From an uncultured Bacteroidia bacterium (GTDB lineage: Bacteria; Bacteroidota; Bacteroidia; Bacteroidales; F082), in contig CADCML010000007.1 of the NCBI GenBank assembly GCA_902802535.1, forward strand, positions 26,937-90,936: a stretch of 64,000 nucleotides of DNA, written 5' to 3'. Below the pieces are notes generated by a model, which was given only the letters and a program-made list of their open reading frames with translations, did no database searches and was not told the DNA's origin. How positions within the stretch are numbered: the first letter of the stretch is position 1; every line of letters starts with the position of its first letter. The position numbers and the translations under genes were made by a program. This document shows, in pieces, positions 56,059-64,000 of the stretch.

Positions 56059-57903
56059 TTACTCCACCGTGACAGACTTGGCCAAATTGCGCGGCTGGTC
56101 GACGTTGCAGCCTCGCATCACGGCGATGTGGTAGGCTAAGATTTGCAGCGGCACCGTCGCCAACAAAGGCGAATAGAGACATTCTGTTTCGGGAATCTCG
56201 ATGACATAGTCGGCCATTTTGCGCGCCAAAACGTCCTTCTCGCTGATGACAGCGATGATTTTGCCGTCACGCGCCTTCACCTCTTGTATATTACTGAGCA
56301 CCTTTTCATAAGTGCTGTGGTTGGTGGCGATAAAGACAACAGGCATATCCTTGTCAATCAAGGCGATGGGACCATGCTTCATTTCGGCTGCGGGATAACC
56401 CTCAGCGTGAATGTAAGAGATTTCCTTCAACTTCAAGGCACCTTCGAGAGCCACGGGGTAATTCTGCAAACGACCGAGATACAGCATGTTGCGCACATCC
56501 TTGTATTTCTCTGCAATTTCTTTCACATGGCCGCTGTGGTCGAGAGTCCACTGGATTTTTTCGGGGATGCGGTCGAGTTCCTGAATGAATTCGAGGCGCT
56601 CCTCGTCTTTCATCGAACCTTTCAGTTCGGCCAAACGCAAGGCCAACATGGCCATCACTGTCACTTGCGAGGTGAAAGCCTTGGTGGAGGCCACACCGAT
56701 TTCCGGACCGGCATGGGTGTAAATGCCTGCGTCAGTGGCTCTTGAAATGGACGACCCAATGACGTTGCAGATGCCCAAAACGACCGCGCCCTTTTCTTTC
56801 GCCAACTGGATGGCGGCCAAGGTATCGGCGGTTTCACCCGACTGAGAGACGGCAATCACTACATCGTGGGGCGTGATGACCGGATTGCGGTAACGGAACT
56901 CGGAGGCGTATTCCACCTTGACGGGAATCTTGGCCAAGTTCTCAATCATATAACTGCCTACAAGGCTGGCATGCCATGAAGTGCCGCAAGCCACGAAAAC
57001 AATATTGTCGGCATAAAGCAACTGCTTTTCATACTGCCGGATGCCGCCCAAACACACGGTGTTGCTCTCAGGATGCAAACGGCCACGCATGGTGTCGCGC
57101 ACAATGGTCGGCTGCTCATAGATTTCCTTCATCATGAAATGGTCGAAACCGGCCTTCTCGATGCTGTCAAGATTCATCTTCAGCTCTTGGACATAAGGAG
57201 CAGCTTCCACATCCTGTATCGTCTTGATGTGCAATTCTTCGCCCAACTTGATTCTCGCAACTTGCTCATCTTCAAGATAAACCACTTTTTGTGTGCGACC
57301 CACGATAGGCGTGGCGTCAGAAGCAATGAAATACTCGCCTTCGCCAATGCCAATCACCATGGGACTGCCCTTTCGGGCGGCAATCAATTGGTCGGGATGG
57401 CCTTTTTCCACGATAACGATGGCGTAGGCACCCACCACGTGGTTCAAGGCGATGCGAACAGCTTCAAAGAGGTCGACATGCTCACTTTGTTGCACGTCTT
57501 CGATGAGGTTGGTCAGCACTTCCGTGTCGGTCGACGACTTGAACCTAAAGCCGCGCTTTTCCAATTCCTTGCGCAGACTCAAATAATTCTCGATGATGCC
57601 ATTGTGAATCAAGGCAATGTTGCCCGATTGTGAACAATGTGGGTGAGCGTTCACTTCATTGGGCTCGCCATGGGTGGCCCAGCGCGTATGCGCTATTCCG
57701 ATATGTCCACTGACATCCTTAGGAGCAGCAAAGGCCACCAAATCGGAGACCTTGCCTTTAGTTTTGTATACGTTGAGTTGGTTGGACTCATTGAGCAGTG
57801 CCACACCGGCGCTGTCGTAACCACGATATTCGAGGCGCTTCAAGCCCTCAATGAGGATAGGATAGGCCTCTTGACGGCCTACATAAGCTACAATTCCACA
57901 CAT
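56059..57903 (-). CDS. glmS: Glutamine--fructose-6-phosphate aminotransferase
   Basis: 614 aa. It has the N-terminal MCGIVAY and the C-terminal NLAKSVTVE. Confidence 0.95.
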   Translation of the reverse strand: MCGIVAYVGRQEAYPILIEGLKRLEYRGYDSAGVALLNESNQLNVYKTKGKVSDLVAFAAPKDVSGHIGIAHTRWATHGEPNEVNAHPHCSQSGNIALIHNGIIENYLSLRKELEKRGFRFKSSTDTEVLTNLIEDVQQSEHVDLFEAVRIALNHVVGAYAIVIVEKGHPDQLIAARKGSPMVIGIGEGEYFIASDATPIVGRTQKVVYLEDEQVARIKLGEELHIKTIQDVEAAPYVQELKMNLDSIEKAGFDHFMMKEIYEQPTIVRDTMRGRLHPESNTVCLGGIRQYEKQLLYADNIVFVACGTSWHASLVGSYMIENLAKIPVKVEYASEFRYRNPVITPHDVVIAVSQSGETADTLAAIQLAKEKGAVVLGICNVIGSSISRATDAGIYTHAGPEIGVASTKAFTSQVTVMAMLALRLAELKGSMKDEERLEFIQELDRIPEKIQWTLDHSGHVKEIAEKYKDVRNMLYLGRLQNYPVALEGALKLKEISYIHAEGYPAAEMKHGPIALIDKDMPVVFIATNHSTYEKVLSNIQEVKARDGKIIAVISEKDVLARKMADYVIEIPETECLYSPLLATVPLQILAYHIAVMRGCNVDQPRNLAKSVTVE

Positions 57904-57968
57904 AGTTGCGTTGATTTAAAAGGCGCAAAAATATGTGTTTGGAAAAAACGATGCAAGAATTTTTTGAA

Positions 57969-58559
57969 TTAATTGAACAAATCCTTCACATTGGGAGCCT
58001 TGTCGGCACCTTCCGAAGCCTCGAAATAAGGTTTCTTGTCGAAGCCGAACATGCCCGCGATGATGTTGGCCGGGAAGCGACGAACCGCAGTGTTATAGGC
58101 TCTGGCCGTCTCGTTGAACTCACGACGGGCATTGGCGATGGCGTTTTCGCAACCTTCCAACTGCGACTGCAGGTCAAGATAGTTCTGGTTGGCCTTCAAA
58201 TCGGGATACTGCTCAACTGTAACCAAAAGGCGCGACAATGCACTCGACATCTGGTCTTGGGCCGCTTGGAAAGCCTTCATGTTTTCCTCGGTCAGGTTGT
58301 TGGCATCAAGGGTGACCGATGTGGCCTTGGCGCGGGCTTCAACGACGGCTTCCAACGTGCCAGCTTCATATTCGGCGTAGTTTTTCACCGTGGCAACAAG
58401 ATTCGGAATAAGGTCGGCGCGCTTTTGGTAAGCCGTTTGCACGTTACCTACAGCCTTTTCAACTGTTTCTTGCTTGGAAACCAACCCGTTGTAGACACTT
58501 ACACCCCAAATGGCAAGCATTGCCAACAGGGCAATAATGACAATAATTCCTTTTTTCAT
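57969..58559 (-). CDS. lemA: LemA family protein
   Basis: 196 aa. It has an N-terminal TM helix followed by QYPDLKANQNYLDLQSQLEGCENAIANARREFN. Confidence 0.8.
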   Translation of the reverse strand: MKKGIIVIIALLAMLAIWGVSVYNGLVSKQETVEKAVGNVQTAYQKRADLIPNLVATVKNYAEYEAGTLEAVVEARAKATSVTLDANNLTEENMKAFQAAQDQMSSALSRLLVTVEQYPDLKANQNYLDLQSQLEGCENAIANARREFNETARAYNTAVRRFPANIIAGMFGFDKKPYFEASEGADKAPNVKDLFN

Positions 58560-58680
58560 AACAATGTGATTTTAATGATACAATATTACAATACTTAGCG
58601 ATGTTTAAACTGAGTGCAAAGGTAAACATTTTTTTCGTACTTTTGCAATTTTCACATACTTACCAAACCTATTTTGTCAA

Positions 58681-59799
58681 ATGATTGATAATCAATATAA
58701 AAACACCAACGACACCATCGAAAAACAATTGATTAATCGTGGTTGTCAGCTGGACGAACCCTTTACCACCGGTCAGCATGTGCTGGCATGCGGTCGTTGC
58801 AAACTGAGCCAATTCGATTGGTTGAAAGACTATGAAAACCAAGAGATTACTGGAAATGTTTGCTTGGCGGAAGTACGTTTCAAAAACGATCGGAAGGACT
58901 ATTTCACCTATGCCGAGGACTTGGATTTGGAAGTGGGCGAGTTGGTAGCCGTTGAAGCTGCCATCGGACACGACATCGGCATCGTCACCCTTTTGGGCGA
59001 GATTGTGAAACACCAGTTGAAGCGCAAGAAATACCGCACGCCGCTCAATGAAATGAAGAAAATCTACCGTCGGGCACGACCCAACGACGTGGAAAAATGG
59101 CTCGCCGCCATTAAGCTGGAAGACAGCACCTTGGCACGCACACGCACCATTGCCGAAAACCTCGGTTTGGAGATGAAGTTGAACGACGTGGAATACCAAG
59201 GCGACAAGACCAAAGCCATCTTTTATTACACCGCCGACGGTCGCGTCGATTTCCGCGAACTCATCAAGAAATTGGCCGAGGAATTCCACATCAGGATTGA
59301 GATGCGGCAGATTGGCGTACGCCAAGAGTCGGCCAAACTGGGCGGCATCGGTTCGTGCGGACGCGAATTGTGCTGTGCCTCATGGATGTGCGACTTCCAA
59401 TCGGTGATGACTGGCGTTGCCCGCGTGCAGCAACTCTCGCCTAATCCGCAGAAATTGGCCGGACAATGCGGCAAGCTGAAATGCTGCCTCAACTTCGAGT
59501 ATGAAGCATACGTGGAGGCGTTAAAAGAATTTTCTGACCCCAATATCGTGCTGCATTTCGAAAGCGGCGATGCCGTGCATCAGAAAAACGACGTCTTCAA
59601 AGGCATCATGTGGTATTCCTATACCAACGACAAGAGCAACATCATGGCCATTCCCGTCGGCAAGGTGAAAGACATCATCGCCATGAACAAAAAAGGACAG
59701 AAACCCAAGAAACTGGAAGACTTTGCCATCACCCAAGAAGCCCACACCAACACCAACGAAGGTTACGGCGAGGCGGATTTGAAGAAAATGAGCGACTGA
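58681..59799 (+). CDS. PSP1 domain protein (RicT/YaaT-like)
   Basis: 372 aa. It has Cys clusters GSCGRELCCASW and CGKLKCCLNFE in a PSP1 C-terminal-type region. Confidence 0.7.
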   Translation: MIDNQYKNTNDTIEKQLINRGCQLDEPFTTGQHVLACGRCKLSQFDWLKDYENQEITGNVCLAEVRFKNDRKDYFTYAEDLDLEVGELVAVEAAIGHDIGIVTLLGEIVKHQLKRKKYRTPLNEMKKIYRRARPNDVEKWLAAIKLEDSTLARTRTIAENLGLEMKLNDVEYQGDKTKAIFYYTADGRVDFRELIKKLAEEFHIRIEMRQIGVRQESAKLGGIGSCGRELCCASWMCDFQSVMTGVARVQQLSPNPQKLAGQCGKLKCCLNFEYEAYVEALKEFSDPNIVLHFESGDAVHQKNDVFKGIMWYSYTNDKSNIMAIPVGKVKDIIAMNKKGQKPKKLEDFAITQEAHTNTNEGYGEADLKKMSD

Positions 59800-59800
59800 T

Positions 59801-60265
59801 ATGAAGAGAATAATCCATTGGACATTAGCCGTTTGCTTGGCATTGGTATTGGCTTCGTGCGACAACGACTCGTTCGACAAGCGCACCGTCATCCCTGAAG
59901 CCGAGTGGCGGCAGGAAGACCGTGTGGCCTTCGATGTCGACATCAACGACACCATTAGTCCTTACTCGTTCGGCATCGGGTTGCGGCATCTTGAGAACTA
60001 CCGTTACAGCAACCTCTTTGTCTTCCTCCATACCCGAATGCCTAACGGCAACCTCACCCACGACACCATCGAATGTACCCTCGCCACAGCCGAAGGCAAA
60101 TGGATTGGCAAGAGTAGCGGTAGTATGCGCGACCTGATTGTTCCGCTCAACGAGAACCTGCTCTTCCCTCTTTCAGGAACCTACCATTTCGAAATCGAGC
60201 AAGCCATGCGCGAGCCCGTCTTGAAAGGCATTTCCGACATCGGACTTTACATCGACAAACAATAA
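59801..60265 (+). CDS. gldH: Gliding-motility lipoprotein GldH family
   Basis: 154 aa. It has the lipobox LVLASC, and it sits between the PSP1 gene and the PBP1A gene, as is typical in Bacteroidota. Confidence 0.65.
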   Translation: MKRIIHWTLAVCLALVLASCDNDSFDKRTVIPEAEWRQEDRVAFDVDINDTISPYSFGIGLRHLENYRYSNLFVFLHTRMPNGNLTHDTIECTLATAEGKWIGKSSGSMRDLIVPLNENLLFPLSGTYHFEIEQAMREPVLKGISDIGLYIDKQ

Positions 60266-60269
60266 TACC

Positions 60270-62516
60270 ATGAACTATAAGAAGAAAACCAAACCAATCA
60301 AATCAAACGCCATCAGAAACCTGTGGATTATCTTCGGGTCGATGCTGTTGCTCCTTATACTGTTTTTCTTCTGTGTCGCCAAAGGTGTCTTTGGCACGAT
60401 GCCCAGTTTCGAGGAACTGGAAAACCCGCGTACCAACTTGGCCACTGAAATCATTTCAGCCGACGGCAAGATTTTGGGTACCTATTATGTGGAAAACCGC
60501 AGCAATGTGCGTTATTCCGAGCTCTCACCCTACATGCCCGAAGCCCTCATCAGCATTGAGGACGAACGCTTCACCGAGCACTCCGGCATCGACGAAAAAG
60601 CCTTGTTCCGCGTGGCTTTCGGCGTGCTTACGGGCAACAAGAAAGGTGGCGGCAGCACCATCACGCAACAGTTGGCCAAAAACCTTTTCCCCCGTGGCGA
60701 AAACCTCAGCAAACCCAAACTCGTTTTGCGCAAGTTCCAAGAATGGATTACGGCCACCAAATTGGAGCACAACTATTCGAAGGAAGAAATCATCGCCATG
60801 TACTTGAACACTGTCGCATTTGGCCACAATGCATACGGCATCCGCGCGGCAGCCAGCACTTTCTTCGACAAGAAACCCATTGAAATGAACATCGAAGAAT
60901 GTGCCTTGATGGCCGGGGTGGTGAATGCACCCACACGATACAGTCCGGTTCGAAACCCAGAAAGCTCCAAGGGTAGGCGCAATTTGGTCTTAAGAAAGAT
61001 GGCCGAAAACGGATTCATCACCCAAGCCGAATGTGACTCCATTTCGCAGATTCCGTTGGACATGTCGCATTTCAGCATCAAAGACCACAACAGCGGTCAG
61101 GCCACCTATTTCCGTGAGTTCCTTCGTGGCGAGCTGAACGAATGGGCCAAAAACACCACCCGAGCCGACGGCACACCTTACAACATTTACCGCGACGGCC
61201 TACGCATCTATACCACCATCGACTCGCGGATGCAGAAATATGCCGAGGATGCCGTCAAGGAGTTCATGGGCAAGGAGCTGCAACCGATGTTCTACAGCCA
61301 TTGGAAAGGCTATCGCAACGCGCCTTTCTCCAACTTGACCGCCGACGAAATCGACCATATCCTTGAAACCGCAATGAAGCGCACCGACCGCTACCGCAAC
61401 CTTAAAAACGAAGGCGTGCCCATCGATTCCATCAAAGCTGAGTTCAAACGTCCTGTGCCGATGACCGTTTTCTCATGGAAAGGCCCCATCGACACGGTGA
61501 TGACCCCAATGGATTCCATCCGTTATTACAAATGGTTCCTGCAAGCCAGCCTCATCTCCATCGAGTCGCACACGGGTCATGTGAAAGCTTACGTGGGTGG
61601 TTTGGATTACCGTTTCTTCAAATACGACCATGTCACGCAGGCGCGCCGACAAGTGGGCTCTACCTTCAAACCTTTCCTCTATTCCTTGGCCATGCAAGAA
61701 GGCGAGTTCACGCCTTGCACCAGAATACCCAACATTCCCTACAACATTCAGCTTGAGGACGGCAAGTTCTGGTCGCCAGGCAATGCTGGAGGCCATGTTG
61801 GCGAGGAAATCACGTTGAAATTTGCTTTGGCACAGTCCAACAACTGGGTTTCAGCCTATTTGATGAACCGTTTCGGTCCCAATGCCGTCATCGCCCAAGC
61901 CCGAAGAATGGGTGTGGAATCGCCTATCGATGCAGTTCCTGCCATTTGCTTGGGTGTTTGCGACTTGAAACTCATCGAGATGGTCGGTGCTATGAGCACC
62001 TTCGCCAACCAAGGCGTTTACATCAAGCCGATGTTCATCACCCGTATCGAAGACAAGAACGGCAATGTCATCCAGCGTTTCAGCTCCGAGGAATCGGAAG
62101 CCATGAGTGAAGTGACGGCCTATAAGATGGTGGAACTGATGAAAGGCGTGGTGCAGAGCGGCACAGGTATCCGCTTGCGTTCCACGTATGGTTTCACCAA
62201 TCCCATCGCCGGCAAAACGGGAACCACGCAGAAAAACAGCGACGGCTATTTCATGGGCATCACCCCCGACCTCACCACGGGCGTTTGGGTAGGTGCCGAA
62301 GACCGAAGCGTACATTTCCGCTCCACCAAACTCGGACAAGGCTCGCATACGGCACTGCCCATTTGGGCCATGTATATGAAAAAAGTATATGCCGACAAAA
62401 GCCTGAATATCAGTAAGGGTGACTTCGCTAAACCATACGCTCCTGGCATCGACCTCAACTTCGACTGCAACCGCTACGATGATGAGGAAAGCATAGAATC
62501 CATTGATGAGTTTTAA
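60270..62516 (+). CDS. mrcA: Penicillin-binding protein 1A (bifunctional transglycosylase/transpeptidase)
   Basis: 748 aa. The transglycosylase motifs are EDERFTEHSGID and GGSTITQQLAKN. The transpeptidase motifs are STFKP (SxxK), SNN and KTGTT. Confidence 0.9.
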   Translation: MNYKKKTKPIKSNAIRNLWIIFGSMLLLLILFFFCVAKGVFGTMPSFEELENPRTNLATEIISADGKILGTYYVENRSNVRYSELSPYMPEALISIEDERFTEHSGIDEKALFRVAFGVLTGNKKGGGSTITQQLAKNLFPRGENLSKPKLVLRKFQEWITATKLEHNYSKEEIIAMYLNTVAFGHNAYGIRAAASTFFDKKPIEMNIEECALMAGVVNAPTRYSPVRNPESSKGRRNLVLRKMAENGFITQAECDSISQIPLDMSHFSIKDHNSGQATYFREFLRGELNEWAKNTTRADGTPYNIYRDGLRIYTTIDSRMQKYAEDAVKEFMGKELQPMFYSHWKGYRNAPFSNLTADEIDHILETAMKRTDRYRNLKNEGVPIDSIKAEFKRPVPMTVFSWKGPIDTVMTPMDSIRYYKWFLQASLISIESHTGHVKAYVGGLDYRFFKYDHVTQARRQVGSTFKPFLYSLAMQEGEFTPCTRIPNIPYNIQLEDGKFWSPGNAGGHVGEEITLKFALAQSNNWVSAYLMNRFGPNAVIAQARRMGVESPIDAVPAICLGVCDLKLIEMVGAMSTFANQGVYIKPMFITRIEDKNGNVIQRFSSEESEAMSEVTAYKMVELMKGVVQSGTGIRLRSTYGFTNPIAGKTGTTQKNSDGYFMGITPDLTTGVWVGAEDRSVHFRSTKLGQGSHTALPIWAMYMKKVYADKSLNISKGDFAKPYAPGIDLNFDCNRYDDEESIESIDEF

Positions 62517-62599
62517 ATAAAAAGACGGCCCTTCAACAAGCTTAGGGAACTGCATTAATAACTGAGCCTGTCGAAGACGCCGATGCAAAAAACATAGTT

Positions 62600-63613
62600 A
62601 TGACTTCAAACTTTGTAGATTACGTCAAGATATTCTGCCGTTCGGGCAAGGGCGGCGCGGGTTCGCTGCATTTCCGCCATGAGAAATACATTCCAAAAGG
62701 CGGCCCTGACGGTGGCGACGGTGGACGCGGCGGCAATGTCATCCTGCGCGGCAACGCCCAACTCTGGACTTTGCTCCACCTGCGCTACACCAAACATATC
62801 TTTGCTGGCGACGGTGTGCCAGGCGGCAAAAACCAACTTACTGGTGCAGCAGGCGAGGATGTTTATCTCGATGTGCCGTTGGGCACGGTCGCCTATCTTG
62901 CCGAAGACCACAACACGATGTTGGGCGAAATCACTGAAGACAAACAGGAAATCGTGTTGCTCAAAGGCGGTCGCGGTGGTAAGGGCAACGCCTTTTTCAA
63001 GACGGCCACCCTCCAAGCACCCAAGTTTGCCCAGCCTGGAGAACCTTGTCAAGAAGAATGGATTACACTGGAACTCAAGTTGTTAGCTGATGTCGGTTTA
63101 GTCGGTTTCCCCAATGCGGGTAAGTCTACTTTATTGTCTGTCGTTTCGGCGGCCAAGCCCGAGATTGCCGACTATCCTTTCACGACCTTGGTACCCAACC
63201 TTGGCATTGTCAGTTATCGCGACCATCGCAGCTTCGTCATGGCCGACATTCCAGGTATCATCGAAGGCGCGGCAGAAGGCAAAGGTTTGGGAATTAGATT
63301 CTTGCGCCATATTGAACGCAATTCGACCTTGCTGTTCATGGTGCCCGCCAACACCGAAGACGTTAAAAAGGAATATGACATCCTGCTCAACGAATTGAAG
63401 AAATACAACCCCGAGTTGATAGACAAGGACCGCATTTTGGCCATCACGAAATGTGACCTTGTGGACGACGATGCCCTCAAGGAAATCAAGAAGCACCTGC
63501 CTAAGAAGGTGCCGCATGTCTTTATCAGCTCCGTCATCGGCAAAGGCATCGACGAACTGAAGGACTTGATTTGGATGATGTTGAACAAGGGCGACGAAGG
63601 AGAAGACTGGTAA
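62600..63613 (+). CDS. obg: GTPase Obg/CgtA
   Basis: 337 aa. It has the glycine-rich Obg fold [14 protein letters not shown] and the G1 motif GFPNAGKST. Confidence 0.9.
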   Translation: MTSNFVDYVKIFCRSGKGGAGSLHFRHEKYIPKGGPDGGDGGRGGNVILRGNAQLWTLLHLRYTKHIFAGDGVPGGKNQLTGAAGEDVYLDVPLGTVAYLAEDHNTMLGEITEDKQEIVLLKGGRGGKGNAFFKTATLQAPKFAQPGEPCQEEWITLELKLLADVGLVGFPNAGKSTLLSVVSAAKPEIADYPFTTLVPNLGIVSYRDHRSFVMADIPGIIEGAAEGKGLGIRFLRHIERNSTLLFMVPANTEDVKKEYDILLNELKKYNPELIDKDRILAITKCDLVDDDALKEIKKHLPKKVPHVFISSVIGKGIDELKDLIWMMLNKGDEGEDW

Positions 63614-63625
63614 ACTCTACGATTT

Positions 63626-64000
63626 ATGGAAACCCTTTCTCAAATCGACTCTGACCTTTTCCTCTTCCTCAACGGCCTCCATTCCGATTGGCTTGACAAC
63701 GTGATGATTGCCATTACGCTGATGTGGGCTTGGATTCCCTTATACCTATTATTAATATATTGGGTTGTGAAACAGTATGGCAAACGTTGTTGGTGGATTT
63801 TTCTGGCCGTTGGCATCGTGGTGCTTTGTTCCGACCAACTTTCGGCGCATGTCTGCAAACCTTTATTTCATAGATTGAGACCATGTTATAATGCTGATTT
63901 TCAGGATTTAATTTATTTGCCCAAAGGTTTGGCAGGCGGAAAGTACGGCTTTGTTTCCTCCCATGCTGCCAATACTTTTGCTGTTGCTGCCTTCCTGACA
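63626..64000 (+). CDS. PAP2 family phosphatase (BcrC/undecaprenyl-diphosphatase-like), 3' end outside the window
   Basis: Not in the track. My translation from ATG 63626 reads METLSQIDSDLFLFLNGLHSDWLDNVMIAI...KPLFHRLRPC...FVSSHAANTFAVAAFL, which shows the KxxxxxxRP and SGH-type PAP2 motifs. Confidence 0.75.
   Translation, partial: METLSQIDSDLFLFLNGLHSDWLDNVMIAITLMWAWIPLYLLLIYWVVKQYGKRCWWIFLAVGIVVLCSDQLSAHVCKPLFHRLRPCYNADFQDLIYLPKGLAGGKYGFVSSHAANTFAVAAFLT

Noticed and set aside
57904-57968. Possible glmS ribozyme/riboswitch upstream of glmS
   Set aside because: The leader is only about 65 nt and shows none of the glmS ribozyme core. That element is characteristic of Gram-positive bacteria, not Bacteroidota.

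Overview
This is my own reading of the sequence and the ORF track; I ran no database search or computation. The window looks like a Bacteroidota chromosome segment. It has a T9SS C-terminal sorting domain, GldH, TAnnTTTG -7 boxes and a Bacteroidales-type tyrosine integrase. Prevotellaceae-like is only a guess.

Layout:
(1) 1-41043 is a long surface-glycan (O-antigen/capsule type) region, entirely on the minus strand. It holds an initiating phosphoglycosyl transferase, 5 glycosyltransferases, Wzy, Wzx, several O-acyl/acetyl transferases, a deacetylase, an ATP-grasp/CapA pair, and nucleotide-sugar genes (wecB, wecC, TviB/TviC-like, UDP-GlcA epimerase, rfbA, ugd, WbpB-like, rfbB, galE).
(2) Two non-glycan insertions interrupt this region. 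Island 1 (about 17.7-24.05 kb) has a truncated acyltransferase remnant and a tightly coupled four-gene operon of unknowns built around a ComEC-type metallo-beta-lactamase gene whose frame is broken at an A6 tract. It also carries an AbiEii-type module and an MqsR-like toxin with an MqsA-like/Panacea (DUF4065) fusion antitoxin. Island 2 (27.6-29.3 kb) is an overlapping two-gene module with no recognisable domains.
(3) 41.08-43.42 kb holds a small GIY-YIG gene bracketed by ~74-nt direct repeats, next to a solitary gamma-class N6-adenine methyltransferase.
(4) 43.6-50.8 kb is housekeeping (tsaB, M28/T9SS peptidase, gltX, THUMP methyltransferase, pth, rplY, prs).
(5) tRNA-Leu(CAA) is followed by a ~5.2 kb integrated element (50836-56006) bounded by a 12-bp direct repeat. 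It carries an integrase, an excisionase-like HTH, a gene II/X-type rolling-circle Rep, DUF5681 and two unknown cargo genes.
(6) 56-64 kb is housekeeping (glmS, lemA, PSP1/ricT, gldH, PBP1A, obg, a PAP2 fragment).

The best candidate for an undescribed system is the four-gene MBL operon at 18221-21209 in a defence-island context. The second is the 147-aa/407-aa pair at 27618-29281.
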